A stretch of DNA of 64,000 bases from Salpingoeca rosetta (Eukaryota > Protista > Choanoflagellata). Below, in pieces: positions 29,636 to 44,065 of this stretch. The notes under the pieces were generated by a model. It was not told the origin of the DNA, ran no database searches, and worked only from the letters and a program-made list of their open reading frames with translations. How positions within the stretch are numbered: the stretch's first letter is position 1; each line of letters starts with the position of its first letter. Location: contig JAWQFM010000013.1 of the NCBI GenBank assembly GCA_033442325.1, positions 396,069 to 460,068 of the forward strand, read 5' to 3'. Made by a program: the position numbers and the translations under genes.

Positions 29636-29764
29636 ATGGCTGGTGTGGTGGTTGGCTTCGTGACGGTGCCGACACGGGAGCTTGCGGCTACCATTGCCAA
29701 GGCACTTGTCTCGACCAGGGTTGCGGCCTGCGTGAACACCATCCAAGGCATCACCTCTACGTGC

Positions 29765-29851
<87 letters not shown>

Positions 29852-30388
29852 TGTGTCTGTGTGTGTGTTTGTGTGTCTGTGTCTGTGTGTGTGTTTGTGT
29901 GTGTGTGTGTGTCCATATGAACGTGACCACCTGTGCATCTGCCTACTTGCTGCCCTTCTCACATTTCCATCGACACATCACTGGCCTGGCGTAGGTACAT
30001 GTGGGAAGGAAAGGTGGAGGAAGACAGCGAGCTGTTGCTGATGATCAAGACACAGGACACCATGAAGGAGCAAGTCATCCAACGCGTCACAGAGCTGCAC
30101 ACTTATGATGTGCCAGAGGTGCGCTTGCATGAAGTGTATTGTATGGCCGTCTGTTCATGCGTACTGCCCCACATATGTTCATGCGCATTGCCCCGCTGTC
30201 TTCTGTCCTTGCTGCAGCGCCTCACTCACGCCTCTGTATTCATCTTCGCATGACCTGCCTGGTGTGTTGGTGCTTTGTTTCAGGTCATCTTCACAGATGT
30301 CACTGGTGGGCTGCCAGCGTACTTGAAGTGGGTGCAGACTGAAGCTGTTGGAACTACAGCCCAGGCACGTCCGCCTCCATCGTCCTGA
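29636..30388 (+). CDS. CUTA: CutA divalent-cation tolerance protein (exons 29636-29760, 29995-30118, 30284-30388)
   Basis: FVTVPTRELAATIAKALVSTRVAACVNTIQGITST|YMWEGKVEEDSELLLMIKT...HTYDVPE|VI...YLKWV; GT-AG junctions are in frame. Confidence 0.95.
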
Positions 30389-30636
30389 TGCACCCAATCG
30401 TGTGTACATGTATGTATGTGTGTATGTGTGGGTTTATGTGTGATGACTGCACTCCTCCTCCTCCTCTTCCTCCCCCGTATGCCGTCCCCCAACAGTACAC
30501 AGGCCGTATCATTGGGAGTGTAACAACGAAGAAGACAAGCAACGTGTGCAGCACGTGCAGAGGAGATTTGACGCACGCTCGGGTACAGCCCGCACTTCAC
30601 AACACAACAAGCACCACACAAACACAACAAGGCAAA

Positions 30637-30759
<123 letters not shown>

Positions 30760-30785
30760 ACGACAGCCAACGCCGCAACACACGT

Positions 30786-31331
30786 TTACAGCGAGCCCAG
30801 GAAGCTCGAGAGCTGGTCTTCGCGCACACTGTCGTCTCCGAGGATGCGTGCATATGAGTCATTGTCAAGCTTCCAACACATGGCCAACACAATCTCAAAG
30901 TCATGGTAGTCGTGCAGTTGCAGCGCCTGTGCATGTGTGTGTGTGAGTGTGTGCGTGTGCGTGCGTGCGTGCGTGTGTGTGTGTGAAGCAGGTGATAAGT
31001 TGGGTGGACAAGCAGCAGCAGCAGCAGCAGCAGCATCCAGCGAGTATGTACGCCACCAACCTGTCTCATCTTGTCGCGCTTCTGTGCAGGAAGCGGCCGC
31101 TCTGCGCCATGGCCATTCCAGATAGGGACGCGAACTTGATGTGAGCACACGTTGACACGAGCAAAACAGTACTCATGCACACACCCACACGCGCAGAAAC
31201 ACGCATACTTGCAGACGCACCGTGCAGATACACCACACACACACACACACACACACATTCACATAAACATTCAAACACATAAACATTCACATAAACATGC
31301 AGACACACACACACACACACACAAAAAAAAA

Positions 31332-31368
<37 letters not shown>

Positions 31369-31801
31369 GGATGTGGCGCGGCATCCACTCGCAAGCTCAA
31401 TCAGAACGAGCGCTGTCCTCTGCAAGGAACGACTGAAGTGCGTGAGTACCGCAGCGTGGCACGACGTTGGTTCGTACAGCAGCGTCTCCAGCAATGACCG
31501 CACAAGCGGCGCTGGGCGTCGCGTTGCAGGGAGTTTGCTTGCAGGCAAGTCAGCCTGACGACCGGCCTAGGACGTCGCAACAGTGCCATCGCAAGCGGCA
31601 ATCACAGCAATGAGTACGCCATGGGCACTTGCAGCCATCAATCAACAGAATGGGTTTGTTGTGCACAAGCAACGAGAGCACACAGACACACAGGTGCAGA
31701 CACACAGGTGCAGACACACAGGTGCAGACACACAGGTGCAGACACATACACGCACGCACACGCACGCACACACACACACACACACGCACGCACACGCACG
31801 C

Positions 31802-31833
<32 letters not shown>

Positions 31834-32551
31834 GCACACACACACGCGCGCGCGCGCGCACACACACACACACACAAGATGGTCGCGTTGCCCACCTCCA
31901 AGTTGCTGAGCTGCGCATGCTCCCGCTGCTCGTGTTCGACCGTGTACACATCGCGGTTGTGTGTTCTGCGGACAACACGAAGCTTGGGGTCGATAATCGT
32001 CGTTGGGTGGTTCGCATCGAGCACCTGTGACTCAATCTTGTCCACAGGCGCATTCACCACCTGTTGTGGACGCGCAAAAGCGCATTTGCAGGAATGCATG
32101 AGCGTGGTACATGTGCGTGTGTATGCATGTGTTTGTGTGCGAGCGTGGTACTTGTGTGCGTGTGGATGCATGCATGTGCTTGTGTGGCAACGTGGTCATC
32201 AACATGCATCACGGCTGGCTTTCAAATGCATCATCACACCATCCCCCCCCACACACTCGTGCGCACTTGAAGAACAAGGTCTGGCTCGTAAATGCTGCCT
32301 GTTGAGTCATAGCGCACTGTCTCTTGCTCAGCTGAGAAGAAACGGCAGTCGAGCAGACAGGGCGAGGGGAGGCGCATAGCAGTTCGTGGAAGGGTGCAAG
32401 CTGTGAGTTCACTGCAGCGCAGTCATGTCGCACACACAGAGGGAGAGACATACACAGACATAGAGACACACACAGATCCAATGCATACACCGCACCACAG
32501 ACACAGACACAGACACAAACACAGACAGACAGACAGACAGACACGCACACA

Positions 32552-32629
<78 letters not shown>

Positions 32630-33818
32630 GTGTGAGGAAGAGGGCGAGCGTGCGCAAGAGCCTACGGACTGGCTCCGAGTCCTCACCGACAATGACCGAG
32701 CGGCCGGCAGTCTGAAGATGACACGTGATGCAGATGTCAAGAAAGGGGCGTGGGAGATGGAAGGTGGCCCCGTCAATGGACTCGCTCAGGTCCAGGGCCG
32801 TGTCTGCGAACGGCGAGGGCTGCGGCGCATCCGCTTGGCCCAGCGCTCGCTGCTGGCCCAGGTGGTTAACGGCGATCATAAAGGGGCCAATGTCATCCGT
32901 AAACCTGAGCAGCACCTGCGTTGTCGTGGTGCCCTCCTTTCGGTGCTTGAGTTGCGCCACGAACTTCTTCACCAGCGTCGCCATGCGGTCCCGGCACACG
33001 CCAAACAGCTTCAGATATCGCGACACCTCCGTTGGCGGCAGCTCCTTGACCAACGACAAGGCGCAAGGGCACGTGGCCCCGTCCACGTCAGCCAGGAACA
33101 CAAACGTGCCAAGTTCAAAGCCCTCAGCAGGCAGGCGGTAGTAGCGGCTCGCGCAGGAGCCGTCCGCCTCCATGTTCCGCGTGAGCTCGCCGCCCGTCGT
33201 CAGCCTGGGCAGGACCTTCAGCAGCTTCTCGTGGAAGTTGGGATTGGGCAGGTTGCTGCCGAGCCAGAGGTGCCTGCAGCGTGGGCCAAGCAGGTCTGTC
33301 CAGACGCACAGCACCACTGCATCAAAGAACGTGCGCTCGCACACGCGGATCATGCTTGGTCGCATTGCCATCCGCATCGCCATGAGCGCCGCCTTCCCCT
33401 TGGCCTTGGGCTCTGTGCCGTCCACCACCTCTGTGTCGCCTTCGCCTTTCCACAGCGCATACAGCTGCCAATCTGGGTATGGCGGCTTGCGCAGCTCCTC
33501 GTACCGCTCGCTGTCCTGCCGTTGCCGTTGTGGCTGGTGCTGTGGCGGCGGTGGGCGGAGTGGCTGCTGCCGTTTGTTGTCATCATGCTTGCCACCACGA
33601 CGCCCATAATGTCCAGTGCCATCGCCGTAGCCGCCGTCGTCGTCATCAACCTCCTCCTCCTCCTCCTCCTCGTCATCCACAATCGCCACAACGTCTCCCG
33701 TCCCCGCACCTTGCCATACCTCCTCCTTATCACCACCCTCATTCCTTTGGCCTGCCTTCCTCTTCCTGTCATCATCGTCATCCCCATCTCCTCCACCTCC
33801 ACCACCACCCAAGTCCAT
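30786..33818 (-). CDS. C9orf72: C9orf72 ortholog (longin/DENN-like), multi-exon, with acidic N-terminal extension
   Basis: [60 protein letters not shown] and [12 protein letters not shown] line up in order with recalled human C9orf72 segments (WDNILGPRVRHIW, NGEILRN, SHLQTCGCSVVVG, RTLCLFLT, YPTTHID). Confidence 0.88.
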
Positions 33819-34248
33819 CGTGTGTCCGCTTGTTTGTTTGTTTGCGTTTGTGTGAGCGAAAAGAAAGGTGTGTTGCTTGCTTGCTTCTTTTGCTTGCTTG
33901 GCTTAGTGCTCTGTCGCTTGTGCTCCCACCCTTCCCTCTTCTTCGTCACGCGCTGTGTTGGTTCGTGTATGGCCAGTCAGTCAAACTAACACCATCAAGG
34001 AGTCAATCAGCAGCACACACGCACAAGAACGCGCCTTTGGTCTGCAATGCACACACACACACACACACGATGTGACAAACTCTCCTCGACGCACTACAAA
34101 GTCCCCCTCGGATATGCACACACACAGGCGCGCGCGCGCACACACACACACACCTCCCTGTTCTCCCTCGTCACACACACGAGAATGTATGATCCAATTG
34201 CCAGCAACGGGCAGGAATTGGCCCCTGCGCTCAACCCACCCATCACTG

Positions 34249-37200
34249 CTATCTCTTACTCGGCTTTTCGCCTTCCCTCTGCTTGGCGTCGCCCACTGCT
34301 GCCGCACGCTTGCTCGCCTGCTGTCCTTTTCCTTGGCGCTTCGTCGCAGTCACGCTCGCCTCTTCTTCGTCGGCCTTGGCTTCCTCCGCCTTGCGTACCT
34401 CCTCCACAACAGCACGCAGCGCTGCCATGGACGTGTGCCACTCCCTCACCGCACGTGCAAGGTCGCCAAGCCCGGCAATCGTCTGCATGATGCCTGCCGC
34501 CTGCTCGCCGCTACCGTGCCCCTCCCCACCCAGTTGGCGTGCTTCCACCATGAGCACACGCCAGTCATCGCTCGCGTGCAGCCGGTGGCTGTTGAGTGAC
34601 AGCAAATGCGTCAGCGACAAGGCCTGCTCGTGAGACAACGTCACATCACCACGTCCACTCCCAAGCACGGGCGGTGATGCCCGGTCGCGGTGGGGCGACA
34701 CTCCGCTCACCGACAAGCTGCCCACGGACGAAGGCGGCGACACGCTCGACTGGCCATGCGTGATGTGCCCACCAGATGCTGCCCCAAAGTTGACGGGGCT
34801 TGGGCCGTGTGATGACGACCCTCCACTACCTTTGCCGTGGTGGTGGTGGTGGTGCTGATGGGGGTGATTGTGGTGGTGGATCGGCTTTCGACCACCGGCC
34901 CCGCTGCCTGCACGCTGTTGCGATGCTGTTGCTGTTGCAGCCGTTGGTTGCGGGAGATGCAGTGACGACAGCGACGACATTGCACTTCGGCTTCCGCTCG
35001 TCGATGCGCCTGTGGCGCTGTTACTTGCAGCCGAGTTGGTAGTTGTGGTGGTGTTGGTGGTGGTGGCAGCTGCTGCTGCGTCTGCGTTGCTTTGGGCGAG
35101 GGTCGCCTTGAAGAAGGACAAGAGCGACGTCGTGGAGTTCTTTACAAAGGCGATGCTGTTGTCATACTGTGCGTGCAGTAGCATACACGTGAGACACTTG
35201 ATGACTGGCTGCAGAGCCTCAACCTTCAACTTCTGGCACTGGTGCAGTGCGAAGCGCAGGTACGCATGTGTGGTTCTGAACAGCTGATCCTTGGCCCGAA
35301 ACGGTTGCTGTCAAACATGCACATGTGTGTGCGTGTGTGTGAATGTGTGCGTGTGTGCGTGTGTGAGTGTGTGAGTGCGTGAGCAAGCGAGCGAGCGAGA
35401 GAGAGAGTGTGTGTGTGTGCGTGTGTGTGTTTGTTCGTGTGTGAGGGATTGTATTTATGTACGTCAATGCAAAGGAAGATGGGAGGGTTGGATATACGTG
35501 TGCAATAACACTACAACCCATCAAAAGAACCACTGTCAACGTGCAAAGCGGCATTCACATCATTTCAAGTCCTACTCACCGTCATAGCCTTTGCGCGCAC
35601 CGCCCACACAAAGTCGATGCTCGCCAGACACGTGTACACGCAGCCGAGCTTGGGCTGTGTTGCAAAGCGCTCCTGTGCTGTGTGCTTTTCTGTTTTCCCG
35701 CGCTGAGTCAGCATCTCCCGCGTCAGTGCAAGCTCTGCAATGAACATGGTTGCAAACACCGTGTGAGCAGCACGAACACAGAACCCGCCAAAAAGCACAA
35801 GAATACAGCTTTTGTTGCACAAATACACACGCACACACACATGAACACACACACACACACACAACACACACACGCACACGAGAATACGCACAAGAACACG
35901 CACGCACGCAAGAGCTGACCTTGTTCATCCTGGGTCTTGGCGCGCTTAGGAGCACTGCTGTCGCCGGCACTGCTTGCATCGTCTTTCGCGCTCACGCTGT
36001 CATCATCCACCTGCCGCTTTTGTGAACGTGACGATTTCTGCGGTGACACATGCGCACTGGAACGACCACTGCCCCAACTCTCCTCTCCACCACGTTTCAC
36101 CCTGCTGCTTCTACTGCTGCGGTTTCTGGCAGTGGCGGCGGCGGCAATTGTGGTGTCGCGTGTGCGACTGCCACCTCGCTCGTCACGGCGTGAGCGCCCG
36201 TGCGGCGTTGTCCGCCGGTCTCTGCTCGCTGCATCACTGCCATCACCGTTACTGCGACCACGATCACGACCACGACCGCCATTACCATCACCATCACCAT
36301 CACGACCACGCACTCCGTCGCGGGGTTGGCTGCCACCACGGCGCCGACTGGTGGTACTGCTGCTGGTGGCGCCAGGTGCATGCGAGGATGCAGATGGTGA
36401 AGGGGACGGCGCTCGTGTGTGGCCACTGCGACGCAATGGCGAGTGGCCGCGTCTGCTCCGTTCCTCGTCATCGCGCGGCCCTCGACTTGGCGACGCCCGA
36501 CGCTGGCGGCCGTCACGATCACGATCACGATCACGATCACGATCACGATCACGATCACGATCACGATCACGATCACGATCACGGTCACGGTCACGGTCAC
36601 GGTCACGGTCACGGTCACGGTCACCACTGCGACCTCGCTCGCGCTCTTGTTTGCGCTCCCTGTCTCTGTCTCTGCCCCTGTCTCTGTCCCGCCTGAAGTC
36701 GTCGTCGCGGCGATCACGGGAGGAGTCGCGCCGCGGAAGGGGACTCCGGTGCCGGTCACCACGATCACCACGAGTGCTGCTGCGGGTGTGAGTGGTAGCG
36801 CGGTCATCCCGCTTTGTATCTGCGCGCGTGCGCGTGCGTGTGCGTGTTGTGTGCGTGGAAGGCGAGCGGCTGCGTGTACGTGTACGCGTGCGTGTGCGAG
36901 TAGCGACACCCCTGCTCTCGCCATCGTGACCAGACCTCCTGTGCTCGCGACCACGGTCCTGTGGTCTGTCTCCACTTCTGTCTGCATCTCTGCCACTTTT
37001 CCTCCTGTCCTGCTGCCTCGCCTTGTCGTCCCTGTCGCCGCTCCTGACCGCGTCCCGTTCAGCGTCCCGCGCCCTCCCACCCCTGGTGCTTCCCCTGTCG
37101 CCTCCGCCCCTCTGATCACGCCGCGAAGTTGGCAACGACGACGCGGATGACGGCGATGGTGGCGGGCGCACACCCCTTTCGTCAAATGGCGGTGATGGTA

Positions 37201-39350
37201 CAGATGCGTCGGAATTGCCCTCTGCCCTCTCGCCTTTTGTGTCGCCGCGCGCGCCTTTATCCACGGCATCTCCGCCCCTCTCCGCACTGCGCCTGCGCCC
37301 ACTGTGCCTTGGGTCCTGTGCAGGTGCACTGGCTTCGTGCCCACGCGCACGAGCGCCATCACCGCCAGTGTCCTCGTCATCATCACCAGCAGCGCGACTG
37401 CTGCTGCTGCTGCTCTTGCTCACAGAGGCGATGTTGGTGATCGTCTCTGCGGCAGACACTTCACCGCTCTCTACAGGTTTCAACCCCTGTTCTGTCGGTG
37501 CTGGTGTCGGTGCTGGTGGTGGTGCTAGTACTGCTGGTGCTGGTGTTGTTGCTGCTGTGTTCACAGGTGGTGTTGCCTCCTCGTGATCAGCGGATGCTGT
37601 TGCCTCAACCGCTGCGCGCCCATGGCCGCTCGCCCCAGGCGATGACTTTCCTTGAACAAACTCTTCAACCTCATCACTATCATCCCCATCGCCCTCACCG
37701 CGAGCACCGCGAACACCATCAGCACGGTTGCTGCTGCCACTGCTGTCAGCGCCAGAAGCACGTGTGTGTTCTTGCTGTTGCGTTTCGGTGTCTGCTGCCT
37801 CCACCTTCGCTCGCTTCGCGTCACTGTCCTTCGCATCGTTATCATCGCGAGTACCAGCATGGCTGGCTCGCTGCTGCTGCTGTTGCTGTTGTTGTTGCGT
37901 TGCGTTGTGGACGAGTTCTTGATTGCCGTCAGCATCTGCAGCACTTGTTGTGTTCTCGTTCACCGTTGCTGTTTCTTTCTTTGGTGTTGGTGTTGCTGTC
38001 GGTGCTGTTGCCGCTGGTGCGGAGCAACTTGTGGCACCGTCCGTGTTCCCATTGTCATCTTGTTGACTCGACTGCTGATGATCCACGCGTGTGTCGTCCC
38101 CATCAGCACGGCTTGCATCGCCACCACCATCACCATTACCGCTGGCAGCCACTGCAGGCTCCAGACCAGCGGTGGTTGCGGTGTCTGGCTTGCTATCCGC
38201 CACATTGTTAGCACCGTTAGCGCCGTTCGCACCACCGCCCACACCGACAGGTGCCGTGGCAACGTCCGTGTGGTGTGCATTGATCCCATTCATCTCCATC
38301 TTCGTTGCTGACTGTTCCTCCTGCTGCTGTTGTGGTTGCTGTTGTTGCTGCTGTGCTGCTACCGTTACACTTCTGCCATCCTCCGGTCGGTATGGAGATG
38401 CTATTGGAGAATGCAGCCTGGTGTGGAGACAAGAGGGAGAGAGGGTGTGTGTGTGTGATGTGTGCATGTGTGTGTGTGTGTGATGTGTGCATGTGTGTGT
38501 GATGTGTGCATGTGTGTGTGAGTGTGAGTGTGCGTGTGTGTGTGTGTGAGTAGGTGTGTGTGTGTGAGTGTGTGTGACAAGCCAACAAGCGAAAGGATGT
38601 ACATGCAGGCGTGAATACAACGCCAGTACAAGGGATCATGTGCGATGCACACATACACAATGCAAGTTACACCGACACACACACACACACACACACACCG
38701 CGAACATGCAAAACCACAAGCAAACCAAGAACAAACCACAGCAAGCGGGAGAACGTACTTTGCGTGACTGAAGTGACTGAGGATGGAGTCAACAGAAGGG
38801 CTCTGCTGAGATGAGCGCTCGACCCGCGTCTGTCACACACACGCACGCACACATGCACAAACACATGATCAGCAACCGACGGTGTGATGGGTTTATGGGG
38901 GGTGGCGCGGAGTGTTTCGAATGGCGTGAGGATGGGGTGGCGTGAGCGTGAGGATGGGGTGGCGTGAGCGTGAGGTGGTGTGGCGGGATTGTGGCTTGGA
39001 GTTGATGAGTGGATTTCACAGGGGCTCGCCACAGGGAATGTACGCAAGGCAAAACGCAGCAGACAATAGGAAGGAAGGACAAAGGGTCATGGGAGTACAT
39101 GTAAATTCACAGCAGCAGAGCGCCATCACGTACCATGCTGCCGACGGCTGGTGCTCTGCGCAGGACAGCAATCGGTTTGTATGTGGTCATGGGTAACGCC
39201 TCCACCGCTTTGATGAGCTGGTGGGTGGTGGGGGCCGGCTTGCCAAACAGATGCGCAACAGCGCGCTCCCACGCGTGTATAGACGCCTGCGCAACAGATC
39301 GGATGGGAGGGGGGGGAGGTCGAGGTGACGGCGGTGGCGGTGGTGATGAC
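34249..39350 (-). CDS. AF4/FMR2 (AFF)-like protein: ELL-binding-like motif, long disordered Arg/Asp-rich region, helical C-terminal homology domain; 5' end probably in or beyond the gap
   Basis: Spliced peptide VDSILSHFSHAK|LHSPIASPYRP; a ~2.5-kb low-complexity exon; last exon LQPVIKCLTCMLLHAQY...VTLSHEQALSLTHLLSLNSHRLHASDDW...GLGDLARAVRE resembles the AFF CHD. Confidence 0.6.
36512..36624 (-). repeat. (GATCAC/GGTCAC)n hexamer repeat encoding an (RD)n dipeptide tract
   Basis: About 18 hexamers inside the 965-aa minus-strand ORF. Confidence 0.9.
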
Positions 39351-39434
39351 CGTTGATGATTGAGAGGGGGGGGGGGTGTTGGTGAGCAGAAGATCCGAGT
39401 GCACGGCGGCGAAAAAATGGCATGCAACAGGTAT

Positions 39435-39557
<123 letters not shown>

Positions 39558-39563
39558 ACACAC

Positions 39564-40227
39564 NNNNNNNNNNNNNNNNNNNNNNNNNNNNNNNNNNNNN
39601 NNNNNNNNNNNNNNNNNNNNNNNNNNNNNNNNNNNNNNNNNNNNNNNNNNNNNNNNNNNNNNNNNNNNNNNNNNNNNNNNNNNNNNNNNNNNNNNNNNNN
39701 NNNNNNNNNNNNNNNNNNNNNNNNNNNNNNNNNNNNNNNNNNNNNNNNNNNNNNNNNNNNNNNNNNNNNNNNNNNNNNNNNNNNNNNNNNNNNNNNNNNN
39801 NNNNNNNNNNNNNNNNNNNNNNNNNNNNNNNNNNNNNNNNNNNNNNNNNNNNNNNNNNNNNNNNNNNNNNNNNNNNNNNNNNNNNNNNNNNNNNNNNNNN
39901 NNNNNNNNNNNNNNNNNNNNNNNNNNNNNNNNNNNNNNNNNNNNNNNNNNNNNNNNNNNNNNNNNNNNNNNNNNNNNNNNNNNNNNNNNNNNNNNNNNNN
40001 NNNNNNNNNNNNNNNNNNNNNNNNNNNNNNNNNNNNNNNNNNNNNNNNNNNNNNNNNNNNNNNNNNNNNNNNNNNNNNNNNNNNNNNNNNNNNNNNNNNN
40101 NNNNNNNNNNNNNNNNNNNNNNNNNNNNNNNNNNNNNNNNNNNNNNNNNNNNNNNNNNNNNNNNNNNNNNNNNNNNNNNNNNNNNNNNNNNNNNNNNNNN
40201 NNNNNNNNNNNNNNNNNNNNNNNNNNN
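39564..40227. other. Assembly gap (N run)
   Basis: N bases following a (CA)n tract. Confidence 1.
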
Positions 40228-40687
40228 CCTTGAGTTGCAAGCAGTACAAGACACGAATAGCAAGCAGGTGCACTGACGTTCATGCCCACAAGCGAGGCAC
40301 AACACCCGACCATCCATTACACATACGTTGGAATACGTTGGAAGTCAGTCCCACTAACGCACGGAACAAGGCTGTACCAGCTGCTGTTAGCTATGGATTT
40401 GCTCAACACAACGAATAATAATCGTGTGCGTTCTTCCACACCCCTCCACCCTTCTCCTCTCCGTTTGCACTCGAGCTCACGCCACAACAGCGCTGTTGTG
40501 CGCGCTCGCGTGTGTATATGTACGTGCGTGTCCGCAAGCACAGCCGCTTGCTTGCTGTGTATGTGTGTCTGCTTGTGTGTTGGCTTCCTTTGCTTCTTGC
40601 GTTCGTTTTTTGGAACCGCAAAAAAAAAAGGAGGAGAGAGAAGCAAAGAGAGCCAAAAAGGAGAGGAGGACACAACACAGCCACCCG

Positions 40688-40735
<48 letters not shown>

Positions 40736-40758
40736 CACACACTGCACGCACTGCAAGG

Positions 40759-41609
<851 letters not shown>

Positions 41610-41730
41610 CAACACGTGTGTGTGTGTGTGTGTGTGTGTGTCTGTGTGTCTGTGTGTGTGTGTGTGTGTCTGAGTGTGTGCTGTGTGTGGGGCTTTTGCG
41701 TTGTTGCTGCTGCCGTGATGTGATGCTCAG

Positions 41731-41870
41731 TCCGCGGAAACTTGCCGCTGGCGTTTGTTGTAAATCGTTCGATAAATTTCCGCCAGTTTTGGCGCCAAAC
41801 TGCTCCCGCCACTTGCAAACGAGAGAACAAGAGCAAAGCAGAGTGTGCATCCGCCAACGCATTTCCCGCC
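41731..41870. promoter_or_regulatory. Cluster of E2F-like sites upstream of ASF1
   Basis: TCCGCGGAAA (41731), TTTCCGCC (~41777), palindromic TTTGGCGCCAAA (41788-41799), TTTCCCGCC (41862). Confidence 0.55.
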
Positions 41871-42081
41871 ACATCCATCCAGCCATCCACCCATATCGAC
41901 AGCACACGACGACCACCATCGCTACCACTGCTACCACTGCCGTTGTTCAGAGGCACGGTTGAATCACTGCTACACTCACACGCACGGCCAGACTGCAAGA
42001 AGAACCAAGTGCACAGTGCTTCATTGTCGTGGGCGCTCTTCTGTTGCTTCTCGCCAACGCTCGACAAAACGACGTGTCGCA

Positions 42082-42283
42082 ATGGCTCTTGTTCGCGTGA
42101 CCGATGTGCAAGTGCTGAACAACCCAGCCAAGTTCAGTGAACCATTCTCCTTTGAAATCACCTTTGAGTGCCAAACACAGCTCAAACATGGTAAGCGTGC
42201 GCTTGGCATACGTGCTGCCGTACGTGTTTGCATGTGCTGTTGGCGTGCTTCGTACTGTCCACGTGTGTGTGTTGTGTGTCGTC

Positions 42284-42342
<59 letters not shown>

Positions 42343-43192
42343 NNNNNNNNNNNNNNNNNNNNNNNNNNNNNNNNNNNNNNNNNNNNNNNNNNNNNNNNNN
42401 NNNNNNNNNNNNNNNNNNNNNNNNNNNNNNNNNNNNNNNNNNNNNNNNNNNNNNNNNNNNNNNNNNNNNNNNNNNNNNNNNNNNNNNNNNNNNNNNNNNN
42501 NNNNNNNNNNNNNNNNNNNNNNNNNNNNNNNNNNNNNNNNNNNNNNNNNNNNNNNNNNNNNNNNNNNNNNNNNNNNNNNNNNNNNNNNNNNNNNNNNNNN
42601 NNNNNNNNNNNNNNNNNNNNNNNNNNNNNNNNNNNNNNNNNNNNNNNNNNNNNNNNNNNNNNNNNNNNNNNNNNNNNNNNNNNNNNNNNNNNNNNNNNNN
42701 NNNNNNNNNNNNNNNNNNNNNNNNNNNNNNNNNNNNNNNNNNNNNNNNNNNNNNNNNNNNNNNNNNNNNNNNNNNNNNNNNNNNNNNNNNNNNNNNNNNN
42801 NNNNNNNNNNNNNNNNNNNNNNNNNNNNNNNNNNNNNNNNNNNNNNNNNNNNNNNNNNNNNNNNNNNNNNNNNNNNNNNNNNNNNNNNNNNNNNNNNNNN
42901 NNNNNNNNNNNNNNNNNNNNNNNNNNNNNNNNNNNNNNNNNNNNNNNNNNNNNNNNNNNNNNNNNNNNNNNNNNNNNNNNNNNNNNNNNNNNNNNNNNNN
43001 NNNNNNNNNNNNNNNNNNNNNNNNNNNNNNNNNNNNNNNNNNNNNNNNNNNNNNNNNNNNNNNNNNNNNNNNNNNNNNNNNNNNNNNNNNNNNNNNNNNN
43101 NNNNNNNNNNNNNNNNNNNNNNNNNNNNNNNNNNNNNNNNNNNNNNNNNNNNNNNNNNNNNNNNNNNNNNNNNNNNNNNNNNNNNNNNNNNN

Positions 43193-43279
<87 letters not shown>

Positions 43280-43461
43280 ATACACTACAAACGAAACACA
43301 TACAATGCACACACATGCACGTGCGCAGGGTGACGCGCTTCAACATCAACTGGAACGACGACGAGGAGGAGGAGCAGCCAGGAGCAGAGGGCGCACACGA
43401 AGGCGGGGACGATGATGATGACGACGGTGATGACCCGACAAGCTCCCCCATCGCATATTGA
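42082..43461 (+). CDS. ASF1: Histone H3/H4 chaperone ASF1 (middle exons fall in the gap)
   Basis: N-terminus MALVRVTDVQVLNNPAKFSEPFSFEITFEC; last exon VTRFNINW followed by an acidic tail. Confidence 0.95.
42343..43192. other. Assembly gap (N run) inside ASF1
   Basis: N bases between (GT)n and (CA)n tracts. Confidence 1.
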
Positions 43462-43860
43462 TCATTTGTCCACGACAAGGGGGGGGGGGGCGTGGAAAGG
43501 GGAGGGTTACGTTGGAACGACGTACATACGTACACACACACACACATACACGCACATTTATGCTCCACTCCCCTGCTTGCCTCCTTCTCTCCTTCTCTTT
43601 TCTCTCTCTCTCTCTCTCTCGCTCTCTCTCGCTCTCTCTCTGCTCTTTGCGTTCTCTGCTCAACCCCCTCTCCTCTGTCCTTTTGCTCTTTCCTTTTTTT
43701 GCTCTTGTTGTTCCCTTCTGTCTATACTTGCTCCTTGGGAATGACGATAAATGGCGAACACTAAACTCAAACATACAAGCACACCCTCACACGCACGCAC
43801 ACGGAGAGAATACAAGCAACACACAGGAACATCACATACACGCCACTACAAGCAGCGGCG

Positions 43861-43974
43861 TCACTCGTCCTTGGCGTCGTCGGGTGATGCCACCTGCCCC
43901 AGCGCGTACACGAGCCTGCTCTGGTTGCTGGTCAGCACCTGCTTCAGCACCATCATCGGCTGCTGCATCACCTG

Positions 43975-44065
<91 letters not shown>

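Noticed and set aside
32394-33989. 531-aa plus-strand ORF overlapping C9orf72
   Set aside because: Antisense shadow of a GC-rich exon plus microsatellite, with no recognisable motif.
36512-36624. Hexanucleotide dipeptide repeat near C9orf72 as an analogue of the GGGGCC expansion
   Set aside because: It has a different sequence and lies in a coding exon of the neighbouring gene; coincidence.
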